A stretch of DNA of 64,000 bases from Bacteroidales bacterium (GTDB lineage Bacteria > Bacteroidota > Bacteroidia > Bacteroidales > UBA10428): the NCBI GenBank assembly GCA_041737175.1, contig JBGSSF010000023.1:145888-209887 (forward strand), in the 5' to 3' direction. Positions 30,996 through 40,766 of this stretch are shown in pieces. Positions within the stretch are counted from its first letter, which is position 1. Each line of letters starts with the position of its first letter. The notes under the pieces are model-generated. The model was not told the origin of the DNA, made no database searches, and saw nothing but the letters and a program-made list of their open reading frames with translations. The position numbers were made by a program, and so were the translations under genes.

Positions 30996-33053
30996 ATGAA
31001 ATCAACTCCTCTGGTTATTAATGCCTTGCTGGGCCTGGCCCTTGTCTCCTGCAGCAATACCACCCGCATAGAAAGCGGAAAACTGCGGCTTGAAATCAAC
31101 AACAAAATGGAAACAAAGGTAAACTGCGTTTCTTCTGATACAAAACAGCTTATGAAGCATTTCATGGCTTCGGAATACTTGGTATGTCGCAAATTCGAAG
31201 CCAGTGACTTTAAAGTGAAAAAAAGCAAAACCACGGCCATTGACGATAATAAAGGCAAGGGTGAAAGTACTGTTATTTCGGGTACAACCAGAAATGAGGA
31301 ATATGGCCTTGAAAAGATACTCACAATTTCGGTCTATAACTCCTTCCCCGGTATGGCCTTTTTTAAGGTTCAGTATGTAAATACGGGAAAGCGTGACCTG
31401 GAAATCAGCAAATGGGTGAATCATGGTTATACCATACTGGATAATGGGGATTCTCCTGCTTTTTGGTCATTTCAGGGAAGTTCGACCGGAGCACGAAAAG
31501 ACTGGATGCTCCCGGTGGATTCATCATTTTCACAGCAGAATTATATGGGAATGAACAATACCGATTACGGAGGGGGTATTCCTGTTGTTGATCTATGGCG
31601 CAAAGATGCCGGCATCGCAATTGGTCACACCGATCAGGTGGCCCGTATGATTTCACTGCCTGTGCATAAAAGCCGTTATGACAATTTCACACAGATAAGC
31701 ATGGAATATGAATATCCGGAAACTATCACCCTTCGTGCACAAGATACCCTGAATACCTTCAATACCTTTGTCATGGTTCACAATGGTGACTGTTATGCCC
31801 CGTTACAGGCTTATTCAAAATATATGCAGGCGACAGGCACAACCATGGTGCCGGTTGAAGAAGATGCCTATGAGGCAGTCTGGTGCGCCTGGGGATATAT
31901 GCGTAAATTCACAGTGGATGAAATTTTGGGAACACTTCCCAAGGTGAAGGAATTGGGACTGAAATGGGTAGATATTGATGACGGTTACCAGCAAGCTGAA
32001 GGAGACTGGGATGTTGTACTTACAAAATTCCCCCGGGGCAGTGCCGATATGCGAAAACTGGTCGACCGTATTCATGCGATGGGTCTGAAGGCAAAACTGT
32101 GGTGGGCTCCGCTTGCCGTGGATCCGGGAAGCAAGTTACTGACCCTGAATCCCGATATCATCTTGGAAACAAGCGACGGGGCACCACAATTCATCACGTG
32201 GTGGGACAGCTATTATATGTCACCGGTTTATGAGAAGACCCTTGACCATACACGCGGAGTGCTGAAAATGTTTCTAAAGGACTGGGATTTTGACGGACTT
32301 AAAATGGATGGACAGCACCTCAATTGCTTACCCCCCGATTACAACGGCCGTCATGCACTTGAAAATCCGGAGGTGTCTTTTGAAAACCTGCCCCATTTCT
32401 ACCAGATGATCTATGAAACTGCCCGGATTTACAAACCTCATGCGGTATTGCAGATATGCCCCTGCGGCTGCGCCATGTCGTTCTTTAACATGCCCTGGAC
32501 GAATCAAACTGTAGCCTCTGATCCTGTATCGAGCTGGCAAACGCGTTTGAAGGGAAAAACTTATAAAGCACTTCTTGGTAAAACTGCCTATTATGGTGAC
32601 CATGTTGAATTGAGCGACGGAGGAAATGACTTTGCCAGCCAAATTGGCATTGGAGCTGTTTTGGGTACCAAGTTCACATGGCCAAAAGACAATCCCTATG
32701 TCACCGAAGGGCACTTCGTGCTTACTCCCGAGAAAGAGAAAGTATGGAAACACTGGATAAAAGTCTATAACCAAAAAATGCTGTCAAAAGAAACGTATCT
32801 TGGTTCACTGTACGACATTGGCTATGACAAGCCTGAAACACATGTAATACAAAAGGCAGATACCTTGTTTTATGCTTTTTATGATCCCGACTGGAAGGGC
32901 GAAATTGAATTGCGGGGTTTGGGCAACGGTAACTACAGGGTTGTCGACTACGTTCATGAAAAGGAGTTGGGCACAGTAAATGCAGCCAATCCTAAATTTT
33001 CGGTCTCATTCAAACAATACCTGCTGATTGAAGCTTATAAAATAACCAAATGA
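30996..33053 (+). CDS. Lipoprotein glycoside hydrolase, clan GH-D-like (alpha-galactosidase / alpha-N-acetylgalactosaminidase-like TIM barrel)
   Basis: 685 aa. It has a lipoprotein signal (LLGLALVSCSN), LKWVDIDDGYQ and GLKMDGQH, which resemble the melibiase-type catalytic region. The family call is tentative. Confidence 0.55.
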   Translation: MKSTPLVINALLGLALVSCSNTTRIESGKLRLEINNKMETKVNCVSSDTKQLMKHFMASEYLVCRKFEASDFKVKKSKTTAIDDNKGKGESTVISGTTRNEEYGLEKILTISVYNSFPGMAFFKVQYVNTGKRDLEISKWVNHGYTILDNGDSPAFWSFQGSSTGARKDWMLPVDSSFSQQNYMGMNNTDYGGGIPVVDLWRKDAGIAIGHTDQVARMISLPVHKSRYDNFTQISMEYEYPETITLRAQDTLNTFNTFVMVHNGDCYAPLQAYSKYMQATGTTMVPVEEDAYEAVWCAWGYMRKFTVDEILGTLPKVKELGLKWVDIDDGYQQAEGDWDVVLTKFPRGSADMRKLVDRIHAMGLKAKLWWAPLAVDPGSKLLTLNPDIILETSDGAPQFITWWDSYYMSPVYEKTLDHTRGVLKMFLKDWDFDGLKMDGQHLNCLPPDYNGRHALENPEVSFENLPHFYQMIYETARIYKPHAVLQICPCGCAMSFFNMPWTNQTVASDPVSSWQTRLKGKTYKALLGKTAYYGDHVELSDGGNDFASQIGIGAVLGTKFTWPKDNPYVTEGHFVLTPEKEKVWKHWIKVYNQKMLSKETYLGSLYDIGYDKPETHVIQKADTLFYAFYDPDWKGEIELRGLGNGNYRVVDYVHEKELGTVNAANPKFSVSFKQYLLIEAYKITK

Positions 33054-33097
33054 AACCCGCACGGTCCGGAAAAAATCAACAAGTAACAAATGCAGAG

Positions 33098-33796
33098 CTA
33101 ATGATAATAGGCTCTTCTCCCTTGTGAATCAAAAAACCGGTATAAAAACAGCCCTCCAATAAACCCCCCTATGTGTGCCCAAAATGCAATGCCCGTAGCA
33201 CTGCCTGAAAGCATCAGTGAAGTGGTACCGCTTAATAGTTGCATCAGAAACCAGATCCCGATATAAATCAATGCCGGAATGGGAATGAACAGGGGAATGA
33301 TGATTATGGGTACAAGAGATATGATGGTACTTTTGGGAAACATCACCATATAGGCCGCCATTACACCCGATATGGCTCCGGAGGCCCCGATAGCCGGAAC
33401 TGCTGAATTGCGGTGCAGGATAAAGTGAGCAAAGCTGGCGATAAGACCGCAAAGGATGTAAAATAGAAAATACCTTACCTTCCCCATCCGGTCCTCAACG
33501 TTGTCACCAAATATGAATAATATCCACATGTTCGAGATCAGATGTCCCCAGCCACCATGCAGGAACATATTGGTGAAAAAAGGTCTTAACAGGATTACCC
33601 GCAGCTCACGCAAATTGTCTATCTCATTAAACCGAACCTTGTCTGGAATCAATCCAAAGTCAAAAATCATGAGCTCAGCCTGCCTGGCATCCAACAAAAA
33701 AACCTCATAAAGAAAAATCGATACATTGGCCAGGATCAGCAGCCAGTTTACCATGGGGAAACTGCGTGAGGGTATTGTATCTCGTAAGGGTATCAA
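33098..33796 (-). CDS. Rhomboid-family intramembrane serine protease
   Basis: 232 aa, six TM segments. It has FLHGGWGHLISNMWILFIFG, GASGAISG (catalytic Ser) and AHIGGFIGG (catalytic His). Confidence 0.9.
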   Translation of the reverse strand: MIPLRDTIPSRSFPMVNWLLILANVSIFLYEVFLLDARQAELMIFDFGLIPDKVRFNEIDNLRELRVILLRPFFTNMFLHGGWGHLISNMWILFIFGDNVEDRMGKVRYFLFYILCGLIASFAHFILHRNSAVPAIGASGAISGVMAAYMVMFPKSTIISLVPIIIIPLFIPIPALIYIGIWFLMQLLSGTTSLMLSGSATGIAFWAHIGGFIGGLFLYRFFDSQGRRAYYH

Positions 33797-33891
33797 TGCA
33801 TTCCGGATTTGGAGGGTTCAGGCTGTAAATATAAAAAAAAGGCTGATATGTGATACTTCACAATGAATGTCCGAACGGTACTCTTTTAAAT

Positions 33892-35412
33892 TTAACGGAC
33901 TGTGAAAGCTTTCTTATATTTCATACAGATGACCTGGGACAAATCTCTACCGGTTTTTACGACTACAGGCAGTCCTCCACCCGGAACCGACCAGTGACTG
34001 CAGAAATAAAAATTGGATAAGCCGGGTAAATCCCTGCCAACAGGTGATGAAGACAAGAGATCCTTATCAGGAAACCATCCCTGCACGCTGCCTTTCCAGT
34101 TGCCTGTGTAACGGTAAAAAGTTGCAGGAGTAGCGACATCCATGACTTCAACAGCCTGTTTGACTCCCGTAATTCTACTATCTATACTGTCAATGATTTC
34201 ACCGGCAAATTTATTTTTACACCGGATGTATTCGTCCATATTCTTACTGCGCAATCCTATCCAAAAATCTGCATTGCGGGTATACAAACTAATAACCAAA
34301 ATGGTTTTCCCGGCTGGTGCCAGGGTATGATCGTAATGGTAAATATGTGATTCCATCCGGTTATAAAGGGTCCCATCAGGTGAAATCATGACAGCATCCA
34401 GGGGGAATCTTAATAAATGCGGATATTCTCTAAATGTCCGGGAGATTCCTAAAGACACCATGAAAACAGAAGGGTAGATCTGCAGTCTTTTGTGAGAAGC
34501 CAGTGCTGTTAACTTCTTATTTACAAATTTCCCTTCCAGGGCCTGAAAGACCGTAAAATACCAGTCAGCGGCAGAAATGGTGATTTCTGAACGGATGATG
34601 GTACCATCCTGCAAAAGCAAGCCCTGGGCTGACTTTCCATGGGTCAGAATTTTGCTTACCGGACAATTATAATGAATTTTACCCCCGAGTGCAAGGTATT
34701 TGTCTGCAATCCTTTTCGCAAACCGAAAGGATCCTCCGATCGGGTAACCGGCTCCCTTTTTGTCAAAAAATGACAGGGGCATGGTCATGATTAAAAGTTT
34801 AAATTCCTCTCCATCGAACAAAAGCTCAAAAGCTTCCTTCAAAAAGGGATTCTTCAATTTTCGGGCAAAAGAATAATTGGTAACATTTTTCCACTTCAGA
34901 TACAACAAAACAAACGGGAGATAGGTCACCATCCTGATTTTTTTCCTCCATGGCTGAAGAGCCGGTATGATATCGATCATGGGCGGTATCTCAAATTTCT
35001 GCATGACCCGCATGGAATTTATCAGGCTTTTAATCAGGGCAGTGTCTTCCGGTGCAATATCCAGCATATACGCTTCCAGCCGATTCAGTTCCGTGAAGAG
35101 ATGAAATACCTTATCACCATGTTGATCGCAGTTCTCCTTGAGCTCAATTTCAACCCGGGTATCATGGTTGACAAACTCCATGGATTGCATGTCAACCAAT
35201 TCACACCAGAGTTTATAGAAAGGACTGCTGTTATTGGAGCCCAATAACCAATGTATACAACCATCGAATGTGAAACCATTCCTTTCCCAGCTGGCGCATA
35301 ATCCTCCCGGGTGTGATTGCTTTTCAAAAATTTCAGTCTCAAATCCATTCATTTGCAAATAACTTGCCACTGACAGCCCTGACACACCTGCCCCTATTAT
35401 GCTGATTTTCAT
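33892..35412 (-). CDS. NAD(P)/FAD-dependent oxidoreductase, phytoene-desaturase (CrtI)-like
   Basis: 506 aa. The N-terminal dinucleotide fold is MKISIIGAGVSGLSVASYL...EKQSHPGG. Length and layout resemble CrtI-family amine-oxidase-fold enzymes. Confidence 0.75.
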   Translation of the reverse strand: MKISIIGAGVSGLSVASYLQMNGFETEIFEKQSHPGGLCASWERNGFTFDGCIHWLLGSNNSSPFYKLWCELVDMQSMEFVNHDTRVEIELKENCDQHGDKVFHLFTELNRLEAYMLDIAPEDTALIKSLINSMRVMQKFEIPPMIDIIPALQPWRKKIRMVTYLPFVLLYLKWKNVTNYSFARKLKNPFLKEAFELLFDGEEFKLLIMTMPLSFFDKKGAGYPIGGSFRFAKRIADKYLALGGKIHYNCPVSKILTHGKSAQGLLLQDGTIIRSEITISAADWYFTVFQALEGKFVNKKLTALASHKRLQIYPSVFMVSLGISRTFREYPHLLRFPLDAVMISPDGTLYNRMESHIYHYDHTLAPAGKTILVISLYTRNADFWIGLRSKNMDEYIRCKNKFAGEIIDSIDSRITGVKQAVEVMDVATPATFYRYTGNWKGSVQGWFPDKDLLSSSPVGRDLPGLSNFYFCSHWSVPGGGLPVVVKTGRDLSQVICMKYKKAFTVR

Positions 35413-35438
35413 AGATTTAAATATTATGCCAGTCTATC

Positions 35439-35606
35439 TCACCTTCGTTTGTTGTTTTTCTCACAGGGGCAAGGAACCTGGCCGAATTTTCCTTTTTTGG
35501 TGTGATAGGATGAAGCGCAGCCTGTTTGGAACAGAAAGGCGCTGATCAGCAGCAATATAATAAAAGCCTTGCTGTTGAATGCGATCTTTCGTGAAATGAT
35601 ATGCAT
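35439..35606 (-). CDS. Unannotated 55-aa putative small lipoprotein
   Basis: Hand translation gives MHIISRKIAFNSKAFIILLLISAFLFQTGCASSYHTKKGKFGQVPCPCEKNNKRR*. This has a basic n-region, a hydrophobic core, a Cys lipobox-like site and a basic Cys-containing mature peptide. It is below the 60-aa track cutoff. It is in a different frame from the 65-aa track ORF 35461..35658. Confidence 0.45.
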   Translation of the reverse strand: MHIISRKIAFNSKAFIILLLISAFLFQTGCASSYHTKKGKFGQVPCPCEKNNKRR

Positions 35607-35657
35607 TCCGTTTTTCTAAAAGTTTAATATCCGTAAGCAAATATAGTACGAAAATCA

Positions 35658-36566
35658 CTACTTTATTTTTCCAGACAGACGCGAGTAATGATTATACTGA
35701 CTTGCAACAAGCCCTGCAATAACCACGGCAATACCCAGGATTTTAAGCATATTGAAACCCTCTTTCAGTATCAGAAAAGCTAAAACTGCTGTAAAAACAG
35801 GAATAAGGTTAACAAATGCGTTGGTTTTGGCCATACCCATATGCTGAATGGAATATACAAATAACAGGAACGCGAATGTAGATGCGAATATTGCCAGTTT
35901 GATCACAGGCAGCAGCATACTGAAAGTATGATGCGTTTGAACAAAATCGTTCAGGCCCAGAACAGCGAACAAAGGGATGAAATAAATCAATCCGAAAGTA
36001 CTCTGGTAAGTGACAATGGTAAACGTATTGTAATTCTCCGACAGTTTTCTTACGAAAATGGAATGGCCGATGGCAGAGAAAACCGCCAGAAGCATCAGCA
36101 GTAAACCTGCCAGCGAGACCGGTTGGGAGCCCTGCTCACCCATGATAACCAGAATAACACCTGCCACGGACACCAGCAATCCAAAATAATTGGTGACCGA
36201 GAACTTTTCCCGGAAAAGAATCCTTGCGGGAATAGGGGCCAGCAATGGGATGAGAGAAATGATGATCGAGGCCAGTGTGGGCGAAACCAATCTCACTCCG
36301 TAACATTCTCCCAGAAAGTAAAGGAAAGGCTCAAAGAATCCCAGCAAAACAAACCATTTGAAATCCTTCTGTGAAATACGCTGTAACTTGCCGGTTGCCA
36401 GAGAAAGGATGAATAATAACGGCACAGCAATTACCAAACGCAATACAATCACAGTGACCGGATCATAATAATTGAAAACCTGTTTATACCAGATAAAACT
36501 AAAACTCCAAAATACCATAGCCAGGAATACGGGCAGATAAATATTTAATTCTTTCCGGGATCTCAT
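35658..36566 (-). CDS. EamA/DMT-superfamily transporter
   Basis: The track ORF starts at a TTG at 36599. The ATG at 36566 (MRSRKELNIYLPVFLAMVFW) is preferred. It has ten hydrophobic segments and an EamA-like duplication. Confidence 0.8.
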   Translation of the reverse strand: MRSRKELNIYLPVFLAMVFWSFSFIWYKQVFNYYDPVTVIVLRLVIAVPLLFILSLATGKLQRISQKDFKWFVLLGFFEPFLYFLGECYGVRLVSPTLASIIISLIPLLAPIPARILFREKFSVTNYFGLLVSVAGVILVIMGEQGSQPVSLAGLLLMLLAVFSAIGHSIFVRKLSENYNTFTIVTYQSTFGLIYFIPLFAVLGLNDFVQTHHTFSMLLPVIKLAIFASTFAFLLFVYSIQHMGMAKTNAFVNLIPVFTAVLAFLILKEGFNMLKILGIAVVIAGLVASQYNHYSRLSGKIK

Positions 36567-36862
36567 GGCATATTTTTTGTACAATATATTGGTTGCCAAA
36601 ACAAGAAATAACCGAACGTATTTCAGGTGACAATTATCATGTTTAATTTTATGGCCTATTGTTCACGCAGAGTGATTATTACAACAGGTAATTGTATTAA
36701 GACTAATTAAAATTTTGAAAACATTGAAAAAATTCTTATCTTGAGGCAGAAGTACACAAAGGTATTTTTTTAATTTTTTTTAAGAGATAGTCACACAACA
36801 AAAGATTTACTTTGTTGTTCTTACTACATAATTAAACGTTACTATATAAAATTAAGGTCAAC

Positions 36863-37723
36863 ATGAGGCAGTTAAAGATTACAAAATCCATTACTAACAG
36901 AAACAGTGATTCACTTGAAAAATACCTGCACGATATTGGTAAAGAGGAATTGATTACGCCTGAGGAGGAAGTAGAGCTTGCCAAAAGGATAAAAATGGGT
37001 GATCAGGAAGCTTTGGAGAAGCTTACCAAGGCAAACCTTCGTTTTGTAGTATCTGTTGCCAAACAATATCAACACCAGGGTCTGAGTCTTCCCGACCTGA
37101 TCAATGAGGGAAACCTGGGACTGATCAAAGCAGCCAAGAAGTTTGATGAAACCAAGGGATTTAAATTCATTTCCTATGCCGTTTGGTGGATCAGGCAGTG
37201 CATTCTTCAGGCTCTTGCCGAACAATCGCGTATTGTTAGGCTGCCTCTGAATAAGATCGGCGCCTTGAATAAAATCAACAGGGCTTTTTCGCAATTGGAG
37301 CAGGAACATGAACGTGAGCCGTCTCCGGAAGAAGTGGCCGCTATTCTTGAGCTTCCTGAAGGCAAGGTAGCCGGCACGCTTGAGCTTTCAGGCAGGCATT
37401 TATCAGTGGATGCGCCTTTCCAGGACGGTGAGGAAAACAGTCTTCTGGATGTATTACCGAGCCATGATACTCCTACCACCGACAACAAACTGATCGAAGA
37501 ATCTCTGGCCAAGGAAATTGAACGAACACTCAGCACCCTGCCTGAGAAAGAGAGCAGCGTGATCAGGGCTTTTTATGGTATAGGTACCAAGCCGATGTCA
37601 CTCGAAGAGATCGGAGCCACTATAGGTATTTCCCGTGAACGGACGCGGCAGATCAAAGAAAAGGCTATTAAGCATCTCCGTCAGAAATCCAAGAACAGGT
37701 TGCTGAAAACTTATCTCGGATAG
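36863..37723 (+). CDS. rpoD: Primary RNA polymerase sigma factor (short Bacteroidota-type sigma-A)
   Basis: 286 aa. Regions present are 2 ([18 protein letters not shown]...[11 protein letters not shown]), 3 and 4 ([26 protein letters not shown]). Confidence 0.93.
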   Translation: MRQLKITKSITNRNSDSLEKYLHDIGKEELITPEEEVELAKRIKMGDQEALEKLTKANLRFVVSVAKQYQHQGLSLPDLINEGNLGLIKAAKKFDETKGFKFISYAVWWIRQCILQALAEQSRIVRLPLNKIGALNKINRAFSQLEQEHEREPSPEEVAAILELPEGKVAGTLELSGRHLSVDAPFQDGEENSLLDVLPSHDTPTTDNKLIEESLAKEIERTLSTLPEKESSVIRAFYGIGTKPMSLEEIGATIGISRERTRQIKEKAIKHLRQKSKNRLLKTYLG

Positions 37724-37748
37724 TCACGCACTTGAAAACATTTTAACT

Positions 37749-37780
37749 AGAGGCGCAAAATTTTGCGTCTCTTTTTTTTT
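37749..37780 (+). terminator. Rho-independent terminator after rpoD
   Basis: AGAGGCGCAAAA/TTTTGCGTCTCT hairpin with one G-U pair, followed by T9. Confidence 0.75.
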
Positions 37781-37838
37781 GTATGGAACAAAAGAAACAA
37801 TATCAATTCCGGAATTTTTTTTTACCTTAACTTGCTGT

Positions 37839-38759
37839 ATGGAAACACCCATTCTGTTTTGGATACTTTTTAATGTTTTTGTGCTGGTAATGCTCATATT
37901 GGATCTGGGCGTTTTCCACCGGAAGTCTCATGTAATTTCAATAAAGGAGGCCCTGATCTGGTCAATGGTCTGGATATCCCTTGCCATGGTGTTCAATTTA
38001 ATTATCTATTACTGGCGAGGTAAGCAGCAGGCCCTGGAATTTTTTACAGGTTACCTGGTGGAAAAGGCCCTGAGCATCGATAACATTTTTGTCTTTATCA
38101 TGGTCTTTTCTTTTTTTCAAATACCGCCTCTATATCAGCATAAGGTGCTCTTTTGGGGGATTCTCGGTGCTTTGGTCATGCGTATATTATTCATCTTCGC
38201 CGGTGTGGCGCTTATCGAGAAGTTTCACTTCATGATCTATGTTTTTGGTTTACTGTTGTTGTATACCGGTTACAAAATGTTTCGACATGACAGCCTGAAA
38301 ATCGACCCTGAGAAAAATCTGGTCATCAGGTTCTTCCGAAGACTTATGCCTGTGACTCCAGATCTGCATGACAATAAGTTCTTCGTGAAGCTGAACGGGA
38401 AAACTTCTGCAACACCATTGTTCCTGGTATTAATCCTGATCGAATCAACTGACCTGATTTTTGCGGTGGACAGTATCCCGGCAATACTCGCCATAACACA
38501 GGACCAGTTTATTGTGTATACATCCAACGTATTTGCCATCCTTGGCTTACGATCACTTTACTTTGCTCTGGCCGGTGTAGTCCACCGATTTTGGTTGTTG
38601 AGCTACGGGCTTGCAGTGGTACTACTGTTTGTGGGGGCTAAAATGCTGCTCGTTGATTTGTATAAAATCCCCATTACTTGGTCATTGTTGTTTATTGCAG
38701 TAACTATCACCCTTTCTGTTGTGCTGTCATTGAGGATTAATAAGCCAGTTACCAAATAG
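37839..38759 (+). CDS. TerC-family integral membrane protein
   Basis: The track ORF start at 37779 lies inside the rpoD terminator. The preferred start is M21 (METPILFWILFNVF) at 37839. YLVEKALSIDNIFVF and ESTDLIFAVDSIPAI are TerC hallmarks. Confidence 0.88.
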   Translation: METPILFWILFNVFVLVMLILDLGVFHRKSHVISIKEALIWSMVWISLAMVFNLIIYYWRGKQQALEFFTGYLVEKALSIDNIFVFIMVFSFFQIPPLYQHKVLFWGILGALVMRILFIFAGVALIEKFHFMIYVFGLLLLYTGYKMFRHDSLKIDPEKNLVIRFFRRLMPVTPDLHDNKFFVKLNGKTSATPLFLVLILIESTDLIFAVDSIPAILAITQDQFIVYTSNVFAILGLRSLYFALAGVVHRFWLLSYGLAVVLLFVGAKMLLVDLYKIPITWSLLFIAVTITLSVVLSLRINKPVTK

Positions 38760-38767
38760 TACCAGCT

Positions 38768-40192
38768 ATGAAAATATTGCTGACCGGAGTTACCGGGTAT
38801 ATTGCCAAAAGATTGCTGCCTGTATTGCTCGCTGAGGGGCATGATGTTGTTTGCTGTGTTAGGGACAGGAAAAGATTTGATACCTCCCGGTATAACTCCG
38901 ACCGGATTTCAGTAATTGAGGTTGATTTTCTAAAAGCCGAGACGTTAAAGTTTATTCCTGTAGATATTGATGCCGCCTATTACCTGATTCACTCCATGTC
39001 AACATCAACAGGTGATTTTGAAGAAATGGAAGCAATCTCCGCAACCCATTTCAGAGATCGGATTCAACAGACAAAAGCCCGGCAGGTGATCTACCTGAGT
39101 GGTATCGTGAATGAAGAGACCCTGTCGAAGCACCTGACCAGTCGCAAAAATGTGGAGCAAATACTGGGCTCGGGATCTTTTTCCCTGACAACCCTGAGGG
39201 CCGGAATAATCATTGGTTCCGGAAGCGCTTCCTTCGAGATTATCCGCGATCTGGTGGAGAAGTTGCCGGTGATGATCGCTCCCCGCTGGCTGAATACACG
39301 TTCACAGCCTATCGCCATACGCAACGTTATTGAATTCCTATCGGGCGTGCTGCTGAACGAGGAGACCTACAACTGCAGTTATGATATTGGCGGTCCGGAT
39401 ATCCTTACCTATAAGCAAATGCTGCTGGGATTTGCCCACGTGAGAGGGCTGAAACGAAGCATTGGCGTTGTGCCCGTAATGACGCCAAAATTATCCTCCT
39501 ATTGGTTATACTTCATCACCTCCACCTCGTATTCGCTGGCACAAAACCTGGTGGACAGCATGAAGGTGGAAGTCATTTGCAAGGCAAACAACCTGCAGGA
39601 ACTGCTTGGAATTGTGCCTGTAAATTACGAAGACGCTATCAAAGAGGCCTTTACGACAACAGAGCAGGATCAGGTTCCCTCCAGTTGGACAGACGCTCTG
39701 ACTTCCCAGCTATTAAAGGATGGGATATCTAAGCACGTATCGGTACCTGTTCATGGATGCTTTGTGGATTACCGCAAAACCCGCATCGATGACTGTGAAA
39801 AGGTAATGCATAAACTATGGTCCATCGGAGGAACAAATGGCTGGTATTACGGCGAATGGCTCTGGGGCATCCGGGGTTTTATTGATAAACTTTTCGGCGG
39901 AGTAGGGTTAAGAAGAGGCAGAAAAAACCAGCAGGAAATTTCGCCTGGCGACACACTCGATTTCTGGCGTGTTTTGATCGCCGACAAAGCAGAAAAACGA
40001 TTGCTCCTGTACGCCGAAATGAAATTGCCGGGAGAAGCCTGGCTGGAATTCAAAATTGATAAGCAAAGCATTTTGCATCAGACCGCCACCTTCCGGCCGT
40101 TGGGACTCTGGGGCAGGCTATACTGGTACAGCGTGTTGCCCTTCCATGGCCTTATTTTCAGCGGAATGATCAGGAATATTGCCAAGGCTTAA
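38768..40192 (+). CDS. Atypical SDR NAD(P)-binding protein with C-terminal DUF2867-like domain
   Basis: 474 aa. MKILLTGVTGYIAKRLL is a Rossmann motif. The C-terminal ~150 aa resemble DUF2867, as recalled from memory. Confidence 0.65.
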   Translation: MKILLTGVTGYIAKRLLPVLLAEGHDVVCCVRDRKRFDTSRYNSDRISVIEVDFLKAETLKFIPVDIDAAYYLIHSMSTSTGDFEEMEAISATHFRDRIQQTKARQVIYLSGIVNEETLSKHLTSRKNVEQILGSGSFSLTTLRAGIIIGSGSASFEIIRDLVEKLPVMIAPRWLNTRSQPIAIRNVIEFLSGVLLNEETYNCSYDIGGPDILTYKQMLLGFAHVRGLKRSIGVVPVMTPKLSSYWLYFITSTSYSLAQNLVDSMKVEVICKANNLQELLGIVPVNYEDAIKEAFTTTEQDQVPSSWTDALTSQLLKDGISKHVSVPVHGCFVDYRKTRIDDCEKVMHKLWSIGGTNGWYYGEWLWGIRGFIDKLFGGVGLRRGRKNQQEISPGDTLDFWRVLIADKAEKRLLLYAEMKLPGEAWLEFKIDKQSILHQTATFRPLGLWGRLYWYSVLPFHGLIFSGMIRNIAKA

Positions 40193-40227
40193 GGAATAGT
40201 ATTTAACTAAAAAGGATTCATAGGGAT

Positions 40228-40701
40228 ATGGATGTAAAAACCGGCCTCCCGGAGTTTCTGGATATTGCCCTTCAGACCAGTCGTTTTGGTGTGCTGGCGA
40301 CAGAAGGTAAAGGTCAACCGCAAGTCAGCCAGATTGCAATAACACCGGTGAAGGGATTCAGCCAGCTGGTGTTTGCCACCTATCGCAATACGCACAAGTT
40401 CCGCAACCTGATAACTAATGGAAAAGTAGCTGTTCTCCTTTCAGGAGGCGATTCAGACATCCCGGGTATTCAAAATGGCTCCGTTGTAACTGCAGTCGGT
40501 CATGCCGAGGAGATCGGGATCACCAACTATCATGCGGCATTAAAAGCTCATATCAACAGGCATCCTGAGTTGATGACCTTCCTGGGATCATCAGATTGTG
40601 CACTCGTCCTGATCAACGTGGAAAAGTACCAGATTGTGCAGGGAATTGAGCAGGTCACCTGGTTGTCTGTTGAAGATTTGGACGGATTTGTTAAAAAATG
40701 A
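40228..40701 (+). CDS. Pyridoxamine-5'-phosphate-oxidase-like FMN-binding split-barrel protein
   Basis: 157 aa. The RFGVLATEG...VFATYRNTHKFRNLITNGKVAVLL pattern is typical of the PNPOx-like fold. Confidence 0.6.
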   Translation: MDVKTGLPEFLDIALQTSRFGVLATEGKGQPQVSQIAITPVKGFSQLVFATYRNTHKFRNLITNGKVAVLLSGGDSDIPGIQNGSVVTAVGHAEEIGITNYHAALKAHINRHPELMTFLGSSDCALVLINVEKYQIVQGIEQVTWLSVEDLDGFVKK

Positions 40702-40722
40702 AAAGTTAAAATATTCAGAAAA

Positions 40723-40746
40723 AGAGGTTGTCCTAAGACAACCTCT
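40723..40746. terminator. Bidirectional terminator hairpin
   Basis: AGAGGTTGTC (40723-40732) pairs with GACAACCTCT (40737-40746), flanked by A-run and T-run sequence. It lies between convergent genes. Confidence 0.75.
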
Positions 40747-40766
40747 TTTATATCCAACTGATATAA

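Noticed and set aside
35461-35658. 65-aa track ORF in the oxidoreductase / DMT transporter gap
   Set aside because: The sequence has no signal or motif. A different-frame 55-codon ORF (35439..35606) with a lipoprotein-type signal explains the region better.
36795-36818. 8-bp hairpin (ACAACAAA / TTTGTTGT) in the rpoD 5' leader
   Set aside because: It is a short AT-rich stem in an AT-rich region with nothing to distinguish it from chance. It is noted only.
37781-37838. Possible yybP-ykoY (Mn2+) riboswitch upstream of the TerC-family gene
   Set aside because: Only about 58 nt separate the rpoD terminator from the TerC start. That is too short for the riboswitch, and no conserved helices were seen.
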